From positions 124,001 through 188,000 of the forward strand of contig JBPQGU010000016.1 in the NCBI GenBank assembly GCA_051362555.1: 64,000 nucleotides of DNA. The letters run 5' to 3'. Both the position numbers and the translations under genes were made by a program. Each line of letters starts with the position of its first letter. The stretch's first letter is position 1. This document shows, one piece after another, positions 53,301-62,970 of this stretch. The notes beneath the pieces were generated by a model. It was not told where the DNA came from. It worked only from the letters and a program-made list of their open reading frames with translations, and made no database searches. Source of the DNA: Lingula anatina (taxonomy: Eukaryota > Animalia > Brachiopoda).

Positions 53301-56300
53301 TCAAGCTCAAGAGTGGTCACAGTAACCAACTTTGAACAGTGTATAGTGGACGAGTGTGGAATGTGCATAGAAGCTGATAGCCTCATCCCAATAGTTTCTT
53401 CAAGAGCGAGACAGGTAATAAATAATGATCAAATAATAGTAAAGAAAATTCTAATGTAATGTTTCCCATTGAAATCTTGTTGCTTTCCACCTTAAAAAAT
53501 GATTGAACAGTGTAAGAATATTATTTTAGAAAGGCAGAATTTGAAAAATAACATGTAAAATTAAAGATGGAATTATGAAAAATGTAAAAAGAATATGTCT
53601 TTAATTTCAATTTTGTTAAATCCCTTAAAATTTGGCTATTTATCCCAAAGGTGGTGCTTATTGGAGATCACAAGCAACTTCGACCAATTGTCTTGAGCCA
53701 AGCAGCAAGAGATCTTAGGCTTGAGACTTCTTTGTTTGAGCGTTATGCAAATGAGGGCAGGGCCATCATGCTGGACATCCAGTATCGTATGGTAAGGGCT
53801 ATTAAAAATATTTCTAAACCATAGAAATTGTTTCATTATTTTGATATGTTTGCTCTACTTTCAGGGATGTTCCTTGGTCAAAATCTGTTTGGGCCATTTT
53901 GGCCCACTTTGTCAAAAAAGTGGTCCATTTTTATTAAAAAATGTCTGCCATGAATTACATAGTGACTATTTATTTTATTTCAGTATTTTTATTTGATTAA
54001 AAACACTGAAAAACGCTTGATGTTACCACTCTGAAGTTCTTAATGATTGTAATACGTGGAAAATCGTCAAAAATTAACAATTGTACTGTCCGAATAATTG
54101 TACTGAATGGAAAAATCTTTCAAAATCAATACTTGTGCTGTGCCAAATAATTGCACTGCATGGAAAAGGTTTGCAATGCCCATATTTATTGTGTTAAAAA
54201 AGCCCTTGCTTTGAAAAGATTTTTTTTCAAAATATTTGCATTCTTTTTAACCTGAAAATAATTAAGCACTAATCTAAACTGAGAGAAGCCCATCTTACAT
54301 ATATCTGTATTTACATAAAATCTAGCAAGCAACTTTATAACATCACTAAAATGAGTTGGCTTATCTGTAAATGAATTTATATTTATTTATTTATTTGTTT
54401 ATTTTTTGCAGTAGAGGAATGTTAAAAAATGTATTTAAGCTGCATATTTGAGTTATTTCATATATGTATTTTTTCAGCATAGAGACATAGTTGAGTTTCC
54501 TTCTCAAGAGTTTTATTCTGGAAACTTAAAGACTGGACATAGTCAGGAAATGTATGAAGATGAAGAAAAGAGTCTTGGCAGATATGTCTGGCAAGGAAGC
54601 AAAAGGTACAGGTTTTGCCATGTGGAGGGGAAGGAAGAGACTTTAGTTGTTGGAAACCCAGATGGCGGAGAACAGTCGAAAAGAAATGAGGAAGAAATTG
54701 AGCATGTGGTAAATTTTATTTCAGACTTCATCAGGCTTGTAGAAAAAAATGTGCACCAAAAATACACTGTTGATGAAAAAAATTTCCATGAACTAGCTTT
54801 TCACTTAGTTTAAAACAAAAGATGAATTAATAAGATTGTCAGTCAAATTGTAATAGAAAGCTAAGGCTTAAAGACAGATATGCCTATCACTGATACAGAA
54901 ACTAAATAAGATGTTCAGTCTCTTGAAATTTGTGCAAGCTCTTTTTGAATACTTGCATAACTTTTTGAATTTCAGTCATTTTTTTCTTGTTTTTAAACAA
55001 AAATCAAATGGTATGGTATTTGGTTTTTATATGACTTGCTCTATTTCTAAGGTCAGATTATACAGAACATTTGTGAAAGGGTTCAATATATCAAAGAAGA
55101 GGGTGATAGTATTGTCCCAGTACAGAGCTCAGGTGTCTCGTGTGCAGGACGTTCTTAGTGATGAGTTTGGCCGTGGAGTGAATGTCAGAACAGTGGTTCA
55201 AAGTCAGGGTATGTATTGTGATGATGACATTGATGAGTTACATATGATGTCTTTGATAACTGAAGGTATAACTTTAAGCTCACCATGAGGAACAGTAATG
55301 ACTCCATCTTTTCAATGGGCAATTGCAAGTTTGTTGCAACCACTCAATAGGAATTTTTAATTTTAAGAAATTTTGACAAAACAGGGGCGGATTCAGAGAT
55401 ATTTTTTGATAGTCTTCCAAATGATCTTTGTTGCTTAATTCTTCATTTTTGACCATCTTCCGACAGAAAAAATTAGATACTTGTCAATGTAAACTTGAAA
55501 ATCTGACCGTTTTCTGGAAGACCCAGAAGATGACCTAAATACGCCCCTGTAAAAAATACAGCATCTGTAAAATTCACAATTTTCCTCTATTGAAAAGATC
55601 AAGTCATTACCATACATGTGATGTATATGACAACAGTAAGGGAGTATTCTGATTCAGACATTGTACCAGCAGGATCAATTCAACTTTGCGGGGATTCTGG
55701 CTGAAGTGCAGACAGTGTAATCAGCTCAATTGTCTGGCAAGCAGTGAGTTACATACAATGTCTATGATAACAGTATGGTATTGCTTTAAGCTCACCATGA
55801 GTTAGGTATTATATGTGTGATAACAGTAAGGTATAGCTGGAAGCTCACCATTAGTTATGTACAATGCATGTGATAAGTGTAAGGTATAGCAATGAACTCG
55901 CCATGAATTGCATATAATGTATATAACTGGGTTCCCATACTTAGATCAATCTAACAAGATCAATCCATCTCTCCAGGGGATTTCTCATTAAATTGTTTTT
56001 AGTTAAAGCTGCTTAGATGTCTGAAGCTGCTAAACGATAATTAATTACCCCCTAGCAGCTTCAGTAGGCATGACAGACATCTTAGCTGTTAAAGTTGATG
56101 CAATTTAGCAAGAATCCCCTTGGAGATAGATTGATCCACAGTTAGTATGAGAGGGTCTGGGAATGTTCCCTATGGCCACATTAATTTTTAGATAGGAAAC
56201 TAAAATGTGGCTTTGAGATAATCCAGATAAGGGGTTAGGAGTGTGATTGTTCACATTTTTTTAAAGTAAACTATTGCAAGAAAACTAACTTTACTTGGAA

Positions 56301-57677
56301 AGGAGACTATAGCAGACATGCTGAAACCGTCAGTCTGATTGGTCATGACTGGCAAAATTTGTACGGCCTGTTAAAAATTGGAAATGGTGGGCCCATACAA
56401 CCAGTAAGAGTTTTCACAGCCACCATTTTGAATTTACAGTCATCATTCGACATACTTCACTAATAAAATTATATAAAGCCCAAAGCATTTTTCCCTTCCA
56501 TTTCAAACTGACCACATTCACAAAGTAAGCTACCTAATTGTAGTCTCCGTCTCAAACAAATAGGGTGATTTTCAGTCCGGCAAATTTTTCATTACTGCCG
56601 GTCCAAATGTCGGGCCATTCTGAAAAGTTTTCCAGATGTCTGCTATAGACAAAAGCACTGCCTTCCAGCAAGTTGTGTTGTACTTGAGCAAAGAGAGGCA
56701 TAGAATTTTAAGTGTGTTATCCAACTTATGACCTGTCCTAAACCTAGTTAGGTTTGACTCAAAATGTTTGTCACTACAACTTAATAGGTCTAGTGTAGAA
56801 TGAATGTTGTAAGCATGTCCCCCTTGTAAGTTCAAATGTGGCTGGTGGTACCTTCTTAGTAGGCAATATTCCCTTTCCATGCCTTAAAGGTTTTCTATAT
56901 GGGATTTACCCACCAAATGAATAATGTAGACAAAGATAAGCTGACATTGAGAAAAATTCAAACATACATAGGATAACTTTAAACAGTTTCAAGAGAAGTT
57001 TTGTCATTTTGCAGGAGGAGAGTGGGACATTGTGATATTTACTACAGTGCGTTCCTTGCCCCAGTACCAGATAATCAAAAATCCAACGCAGGGATGGTGC
57101 CGAAAGAGCTTGGGCTTTATAACAGATGAACATCAAATTAATGTCGCACTTACAAGAGCCCGCAAAGGACTGATCATCATTGGTAACAATTTTTGTAATA
57201 AATTTTGTCAAAAAATAGATCCTAATTTAGGTTAGATAGTGAGTTAATGAGTAATTGTCATCTTATTCTAAAATGTTCAAGGTAACTTTTTTAAGAAGTG
57301 CATGCATGTTAAGAAAAGCTTGCTGAAATTGTTGATGCAATTTTATGCACAAAATTATACATGTCAAAAATATTTTTTGATTATGTATTTAAAAATTACT
57401 ATTCAAGCATTCTTTTCAAAATATTGTATGCCAGTTTTGTTCAAATTGAAAAAAATCTGCATATGAGTGCCATTAATGTAGGATTAATAGTTTAAAAAAC
57501 TGATTTTGGAAAGGCACACTGTAAAATTAAAGACATAATATACACTTTTCCGTTATAGGAAACAAGAATTTGTTAGGTTGTCATCCCGTGTGGAATAGGC
57601 TGTTACAGCATTATAATGATCAGAATGCTGTTGTCAATGCTGAAGATTTTTTGCGAGATGGAATAAAAAGCAAGTAG
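8982..57677 (+). CDS. HELZ2: HELZ2-like helicase with zinc fingers, about 3747 aa: 2A leader - TPR - CCCH/C2H2 ZnF - SF1 helicase - RNB - SF1 helicase (33 coding exons)
   Basis: Hand-built GT-AG exon chain with all phases compatible, total 11244 nt: 8982-9243, 21027-21136, 22201-22232, 22426-22474, 22932-23138, 23430-23472, 24308-24420, 24694-24894, 25398-25452, 26508-26683, 27373-27492, 27833-27872, 28288-28358, 28921-29098, 36222-37454, 39105-39393, 40283-40505, 40904-41047, 41282-41793, 42080-42550, 44319-44513, 44905-45682, 46092-46167, 46881-50838, 51063-51163, 51869-52009, 52572-52706, 52900-53414, 53651-53791, 54478-54708, 55052-55208, 57015-57182, 57559-57677 (TAG). The helicase-RNB-helicase order is the HELZ2 hallmark. 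The 5' small exons are less certain than the 36-57 kb part. Confidence 0.85.
9877..11125. mobile_element. Non-autonomous hAT-like DNA transposon with apparent 6-bp TSD
   Basis: TIR CAGTCTGCG...CGCAGACTG flanked by CAAAGA on both sides; several sub-terminal ACTAGCCC/GGGCTAG motifs at each end. Confidence 0.7.
11933..16644 (-). mobile_element. HINE family A copy 3, nested in inverted orientation inside copy 2
   Basis: Both termini are present. It splits the host unit gataagtt|aaaaaccgtttt with no TSD. 14092-16644 closely resembles 4009-6618. Confidence 0.8.
12503..12685 (-). mobile_element. Small HINE-like element of a third family nested in copy 3 (related 3' end near 7520-7561)
   Basis: AACTAG...GACCTCTGCCAAGG at one end and CCTCCTTGGCAGAGGT at the other; the 7520 region ends ccttggtggaggtctgcgc...ttctagtt. 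Confidence 0.5.
19163..19591 (+). pseudogene. THAP zinc-finger N-terminus of a truncated transposase
   Basis: CCMYNC...FLVFPKD...LWI...KVCGCHF...DAVPS fits the THAP C2CH pattern with AVP box; no DDE domain follows. Confidence 0.75.
20130..20824 (-). pseudogene. Fragments of a YqaJ/lambda-exonuclease-like transposon ORF
   Basis: KHSYSTQVQGQMAVYNIHEYDFVLCTEKDLFIESVMFDAVHWASVVPKLTSFY matches the YqaJ C-terminal pattern; the reading frame is broken. Confidence 0.7.
21027..21136 (+). CDS. Exon encoding a hydrophobic tract plus 2A/StopGo motif (YLSAGLRLLLLIGLLLLVAGDVEANPGPITTPGSEQ)
   Basis: gga gat gtg gag gcc aat cca gga ccc at 21086-21112 reads GDVEANPGP, an exact D(V/I)ExNPGP match. Acceptor ttaaag|GG at 21026; donor CAG|GTTTGT at 21137 (phase 0). 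Confidence 0.85.
21163..21822. mobile_element. Cluster of three palindromic MITEs (related copies at about 612-795, 22535-22715, 38455-38725)
   Basis: Shared cores gatcaaatatggc...gccatatttgatc and cattcagaa...ttctgaatg inverted ends. Confidence 0.6.
22932..27492 (+). CDS. TPR-repeat region of the HELZ2-like gene (7 exons)
   Basis: TPR-pattern helices: YLERGKEPFKRGEFDVAAEHLSRALE, VYFNRCFCYQMM-GEGHYLMALKDLHKAI, KAHFYRAQCFCKSKMFKEAKEAIDTALQL. Splice sites are canonical. Confidence 0.75.
31690..32270 (+). mobile_element. Degenerate 3' end of a CR1/L2-group LINE
   Basis: Broken frame resembling an RT C-terminus (KITESSDKLNHIF...VPQFKTDRF*CSFIPYAL), followed by a UTR ending AATAAA(TTA)n. Confidence 0.6.
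34730..35790. repeat. About 145-bp tandem array (about 7 units, TGACCTT-rich)
   Basis: ctggcagagat recurs at 34764, 34910, 35056, 35201 and 35344. Confidence 0.9.
36222..37454 (+). CDS. Exon with repeated ZC3H7-like CxxC/CCCH zinc-finger units
   Basis: Three units such as FDLCVNIKSSNRCFRGKECTYAHSTMEKLLW, YQRCAKGICTDGDCPKAHFDIERDVW and DLCKAH...KKCKYPHSKEEKILW, each preceded by a CxxC (ACSSC, VCRKC, ACRKC). Confidence 0.85.
37537..38354 (+). mobile_element. HINE family A copy 4 (short, about 4.5 x 161-bp units)
   Basis: Same hairpin and GTC microsatellite at the 5' end, same CTTTGCTGCCTTGTT 3' end. Confidence 0.85.
39105..40505 (+). CDS. C2H2 (U1/matrin-type) finger plus CCCH finger, two exons
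   Basis: FYCKYCYKECNSKIQLERHFSSQKHK, then FKLCKR|HCEDGETC...CPFAHSEEELGEW across the 39393/40283 junction (phase 2). Confidence 0.85.
39476..40040. repeat. 58-bp GC-rich intronic minisatellite (about 9-10 units)
   Basis: Unit ggcaggcaggacaccgtgccttctgcaccactaggtggtgggcaccacagtggcgcat; central copies are identical and flanking copies diverge. Confidence 0.92.
42590..42880. repeat. Two-copy direct duplication of about 146 bp
   Basis: ttttcaatcaatatctttcagttaaatgca at 42596 and 42742. Confidence 0.75.
44319..47100 (+). CDS. SF1 (UPF1/DNA2-NAM7-like) helicase domain 1
   Basis: Walker A GAFGTGKT, motif II DEAGQ, AGDNRQL, NYRS, ENIQG|LEFD, NTAMGRAR. Confidence 0.92.
46881..50838 (+). CDS. 3958-nt exon: end of helicase 1, acidic linker, cold-shock/OB-like region and RNB 3'-5' exoribonuclease domain
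   Basis: RNase II family motifs FTIDPKDSEDLDDALS, VGVHIADVS, IGEFMILTN, YTQVSSPIRRYMDL. Confidence 0.93.
51869..57677 (+). CDS. SF1 helicase domain 2 (8 exons)
   Basis: LNENQEKAV, IQGPPG|TGKS, YCGPSNKSVD, VDECGM, IGDHKQL, IQYRM|H, QSQG|GEWD, INVALTRARKGLIIIG|N. Confidence 0.92.
55926..56172. mobile_element. Palindromic MITE (related copies at about 2868-3085 and 29185-29410)
   Basis: gggttcccatacttagatcaatctaac...ctccagggga / tcccttggag...gatcc fold-back structure seen three times. Confidence 0.6.
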
Positions 57678-58089
57678 ACATTTTATTTTTTAATTGTAGT
57701 GGAAAATTAAAGTGAATTAATATATATGTTTAATTGAATAGAGAGATATAACTGCTGTGAGGTATCAGAATTTTTCTTCCTAACTAGTTACCAAGAGATT
57801 TGGATGTCCCTTGTAAACATAATTAAAACGAAATAGAGATAGAGATAATTGAATAATGTGTTTGAGCTTTTGATTTCCCCATACTCCTTTTCACTCCTAA
57901 TGCACTTGATATGTCTTTTTAGCAAACTTTCCTTGTATTGGACTCATACAAAAGAAAGGAACTGAAGAAACCCTACTGGTGACTTGATTTGATAATTTGC
58001 ATATCAGATATTTCTCAATATAGATAGAGAAAGAGATCCTACCTGCAGAAAAAGTAATTCATACTCAATTTTTATATGTATGCTTTTAG

Positions 58090-61000
58090 GTACTGAGTTC
58101 TACAAAAATTTAGCACCCAGGATGCAAAGACAACTTGATGTGGGAACATTTTACCAGGATGATGGTTTTTATGATGAGAGCGGTTACAAGGAAGAGAGTG
58201 AGGAAGAGGAGGACAGTACACCCATTGGGGATGATGGAATTCAGTGGATTGCCATACATCCAAAAGGTGCAGTAATTGTAATTATACATGGTGGAATCCT
58301 GTCTTTATGTGACACATGTGGAGTGTGGTATACAAGATCTGAACTGAGCTTTCCTTTTACTTAAATTACATTAAAATGTTCTGCATGTTTTGTTGCATTT
58401 TGCAGATTTTGTACAAATACAATTTGACAGAAAATAATTTTTTGTTAAAAATGATTCCATAAATTCCATATATATATGATTTAATTTTTTTGAAATGTTG
58501 CAGGCAAAAGACAAAGCCAAAGCTTTGTCCCAGAAGAGAAAAGAATGCCAGAATCCTTGGCATCGCCCCAGATGACAGCCGATGCCTCACAAGGCAGTAA
58601 GCAGATAGATGTGCTGAAAGATACATATTTGAGGAGGTTCTCCATCACTCCAGAAGGTGGACATGTTAATCTGAAAGAAGTTGGAGTATTCCTCTTAGTG
58701 CCTGCGGGAGCCCTGGCTGAAACTACAGAAATGTTCATTGGTATTAGTTGGAGAGAAGAAGACATGCCACCGCTGCCACCATGTCAGACTAGAGCAAGTC
58801 CAGTTGTTGTCTGTGGCCCACATGGTCTGACCTTCAGAAAACCAGTGTTCCTGTCATTTTATCACTGCATATCAGGCACCCGCCACAGAAAGATGGGAAG
58901 GAGCTGTCCTGAAAATTTGACTCGGGATATCAGAATGAGCAATTCATTTTACATTTGGCAGTCGCAAACTCATTTTCATGAAACCTGCCAGTGGAAAGTA
59001 TTGAGCAGAGATTCTGTTGTGTTGACAAATACCAAGTGTATCTTGATGATGAACCAGTTCTGTAAACACACTTCGTCATGTGACAGTAAACGCCTTTGTG
59101 CTTTGGTGTTTGGGTCATTTAAGCATCAACATGTTACCCTGCTGAAACTGAAGGTGTACTGTGTAAATGACACCCCAGATGAAATAAAGGTAAAACTCCA
59201 TTTCTCCTAAAAGAGTTTTTTTTGTACAGACATACAGACACAACATGTTATAGTGTACATGCACAGTGTACTGGCCATCACCTTTCACCTACCTGTCGTT
59301 GTCATTATGCCCTTTCTACTGGCAATGCAATAAATGGATAACTGACATGCACCTCAATCCTAAAAAAAAAAAATCATGATACATGAAAAACAATATGAAT
59401 TATTATCTTAAATTTTACCTGACAACAACATATTTTATGCACTGTAATTGTAAAGCTTTTTTCTGCTATATGTCTGTACACTTGTTAACTTTGCTGTCTT
59501 GTTTGTGATAAGTTAATTTCTATGTTTTGTGATTTATTTAATAAAAGTTATTACTAGTGGCCTTTTTTGGAACGTAATTTCATTTGTTAATATTTGTTGA
59601 GATTGGTTCTCTCCCTGTCTCTTTCAGACACTCTGGTAAACTTACTTTTTGGTTGAATGTTTCAGAATGTCACAGCGGAAGCCAAGGAAGATTTGCAAAT
59701 GGAAAAGCTAGATGCAAAAAAAAAATTCAAATTTTTCACTTGTGGGTACAGTGAGAGCAGTGCTGAAGAAAAGAAGTCCTATGATGTCAGTCTTCTGTTG
59801 GAAGGTTTTGAGACAAAATGGAACATGCATGAAGATTCTCCGCAAAAGGTTGTTTTTTTAATGAGTTATATCTGAATTTAATGCTCTATCTTGTAAAATT
59901 TAGATATGAACACTAAAGACAAGGAGGCCCTTTTGTTCCAGAATCAACTTATAAAGTGATGATCATGGCAGATTGCTGAAAATTCCTTATAAGTTTTAAG
60001 AATATGCAAGAAAAAAAGATCGAGAGAGAGAGTTATTATTTTGAAAAGTCACTTTTACATTTCAGGTTATGGACTATATAAGGTTGTGTGAGAACAATGA
60101 AGAAAACATAACATTTTCCCTTTGCCCTAAGGAGAAAGAAGAAAGTCTTGATGTGTTTGTTAGTAAAATATATGTAAAACAGGAAGGAGTAGATCAGGAA
60201 AGGGATGTCAGACGTATTACATCCACTGAGCTTGACATCCACTGGATGTTACCAGTAAGCTTGTAAAAGGAAACTACTTGAGTTACTCAAATGTGATGAA
60301 GCATTATCATATTCTCAGTGGGAATGTTATTTTCTTTGAATAATGTTATAATACCAATTCATGATGTAATAGGAAGTGTTGCTCTCTTCAATAAACTGTG
60401 TTGTGTTGATTAATTAATGGTTGGACCTTCCCATAATATGTTAGTTATTAATACTGCTATTTGTGTAATTACTACTGCTTACAATTTTTTTCAGGTTGGT
60501 CCCACTATGGACAATTATAATTTTAGTAGTTATTCTGGTGGTCTGGAAAGTGTAAGATCGGCTCCACAATTGCCAGGTGGTGAGATGCAGAGACATGGTG
60601 GCAACCACGTTCAATCAATACCAAACCAGTTCTATAACCTGCAAGACCAATACCAACAGATTCAGCCAGGATTCCAACCGGTTATTGGCAACCAGCGGGA
60701 TGACTTCCAGTCTCAGACAGCAAGGAAGATGGTTGCACAAAGCCAATTCCAACAAAATCAACCAACACCACAACCTTACTTTGGCAACCAGAGGTTTCAA
60801 CAAGGCAACTTCCAGTCTCATACAGTATATGAGACAGCTGGACCAAATCAACCGTATCACCAACAAGGACAATCCCATCATCGTGGACTACCACAGGGAC
60901 CAGTCACTGATCGGGAACAGCAAGGTGATGTCACCTATAAAACTAGTAGGAAATCAGTTCACAAGTCTCCACCTTTACCCCCACAGCAGGTCCACAAGGC

Positions 61001-62258
61001 TGCTGGAGATCAAGACAGTGGTGTTACTGACCCTTATGCCATTACAACAATGGAAAACCCAGTGCCTTACAACCAGGCCCATGGGGGTAATCAGTTAGGT
61101 AGGTTGCCTACAGTAATGCAAGAGATTGTAGGACAAATCCCCTCTAGTACAGGCAGCACAAATATTACAGTCAATTATCAGGTTAACAAAATTTATAGCA
61201 CAGACAAGGAATCCATGCCACATATGAAAGAGGAAGATGTGACAAAATCATTCCGTAAGCATGTCCCTTCAGATGTGATAAAACAACTAAAGGAGACACT
61301 TACTCAAAGAGATGTATGGGACCAAGTGAAGAAGATGTATGGCATTTCAGATGAAATTTCATGCCCTCCGGATGTTATGGATTATTTGTTGTCTCAGGTT
61401 GAGGGTTGTATTGCATCTTTCAACAATGTGCTGTTAAGGTTAAAAGAAGCCCATGCAGAGGGAGAGCAGGACATTCCACAAGATTTGATTGATAAAGTCA
61501 AGGTAATTGAAAATTTGGTCAGATAAATAATGTCTTTTATATTTTAAAATGACAATATATGTTTTGATTTCAGTCATTTTTACGGTATATGCCACATTAG
61601 AACTATTGTCACTCTCTGCGGTATATTAATTTTACCCCTCAGCCAAGTTTTCCATCTCTTCATATTCCAAGTAAAAGAGAAAGAGATAGATTCTGAAGCA
61701 ATTGTATGAGAAAGTGAATTGGCTGTTTGGCATTTTTAAGTATTTTATCATCTGTTAGTTATTAGGCAACATCAAGGTTTGAAGGGTTATAAGTTGAAAA
61801 TATGCCTTATTGTATTTTTCTTCTAGGAGGGACTTAAGAGTGAAATGGAGTACAAGAAACTGAGAGAGAATATGATCGACTTTGCTGAGGACCTTATTAA
61901 TAATTTTGGACGAGTTTTAGATTACCTGTCTCAGTTTAATATAATGTCAAGTGAGGTGAAAGCAAAGCTTAAAAGCAATTTTAGGGAAAGTCCAGAAGAG
62001 GCCTGTAGAAATTTGTTTCAAGTACTCCTTGATATTAGTCCTAAAAAAGAACCAATTAAATGTCTGAGAGCTGCATTCAGAGATTCCACACTTGAGCATC
62101 TGGCAGATGAACTAGAAGTAAGCAGTCAGGATGTAGAGGGTGAGTTACAGGAACACGGAGGGGGAGGTGATCTTCCTTCTTGGCAGGAGCCATTGGCGAT
62201 GGGATTGGAAGCTCCCCCCACATTAGTCATGGGCCAAAGACCTATTGCAGCACATTAG
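58090..62258 (+). CDS. ZU5-UPA-(Q/N/G-rich)-death-domain-like-CARD protein; separate gene (ATG 58122, about 880 aa) or C-terminal extension of the HELZ2-like gene
   Basis: Phase-compatible exons 58090-58266, 58504-59189, 59666-59848, 60066-60254, 60495-61502, 61827-62258. ZU5 signature ITPEGGHVNLKEVGVFLLVPAGAL...SPVVVCGPHGLTFRKPVFLSFYHC; UPA-like start LKLKVYCVNDTPDE; CARD-like KKLRENMIDFAEDL..FGRVLDYLSQFNIMSSEVKAKL...ACRNLFQVL...CLRAAFRDSTLEHLADEL. Confidence 0.8.
59216..59503 (+). mobile_element. Degenerate short HINE family A relic
   Basis: ttttgtacagaca start and tgtctgtacacttgttaactttgctgtcttgtt end; similar relics near 27545-27580 and 43065-44240. Confidence 0.5.
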
Positions 62259-62717
62259 AGAACAACTGTGCCAAAAACATGTTGGCTTCTGTTGCTTTGG
62301 GCCACTGGGGATACAGAACCTAGGCCCAGTTTGATCAATACTGGATAATATTATCCATTGGATAAAATTGTCGTCCTCTTGACAATTACCCTAAGTATTG
62401 CAGCCATAATTTTTGAACACTGGATAGCAATAGCAGAGGCCACCAAAAGCATCCAGCATTTGTGAAGCACATTATTCTAGGATAACTGAAAGCATGTAAA
62501 TCTGATATGTTGATGTCAGTTATAAATATACATAAAACCTACTGTGCATGTTTGCACTAGCAATTAATATAAACTAATATAATGTCTGTATCTGATGCAG
62601 GCTCTTGCTGGACAGGCTTGATATTTTGACTACAATTAAAATGCAGCTGCTGCTGCAGCTTTTTATTATGCAGTCGTGATTTGGAACAAAATATGTGTCA
62701 ATGCATGCACACACATA

Positions 62718-62970
62718 AACATATGCAAGCTGGCACACATATTATTGAAGCTTTTCTAGTCAAACATGTGCAAACTGGCACATATTATTGAAGCTTTTTC
62801 TAGTTAAACATGTGCAAACTGGCACATGCATATTATTGAAGCTTTTCTAGTCAAACATATGCATGGCACATACATATTATTATTGAAGTATTTCTAGTCA
62901 AACATATGCAAGCTGGCACATACATATTTTTGAAGCTTTTCTAGTCAAACATATGCAAGCTGGCACATAC
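62718..62970. repeat. About 40-45-bp tandem repeat downstream of the CARD exon stop (probable 3' UTR)
   Basis: aaacatatgcaagctggcacatatattattgaagcttttctagtc-type unit, about 6 copies. Confidence 0.8.

Noticed and set aside
57923-58053. Candidate micro-exons 57923-57978 and 58024-58053 bridging helicase and ZU5
   Set aside because: From the GT at 57674 the first contains a TGA, and from the GC donor it ends in the wrong phase for 58090. The second would need 36-45-nt introns. The first remains possible only as a 5' UTR exon of a separate ZU5 gene.
60595-60625. Canonical RHIM motif in the Q-rich region (HVQSIP)
   Set aside because: It lacks the (V/I)-Q-(I/V/L)-G core, so it is kept only as a generic prion-like observation.
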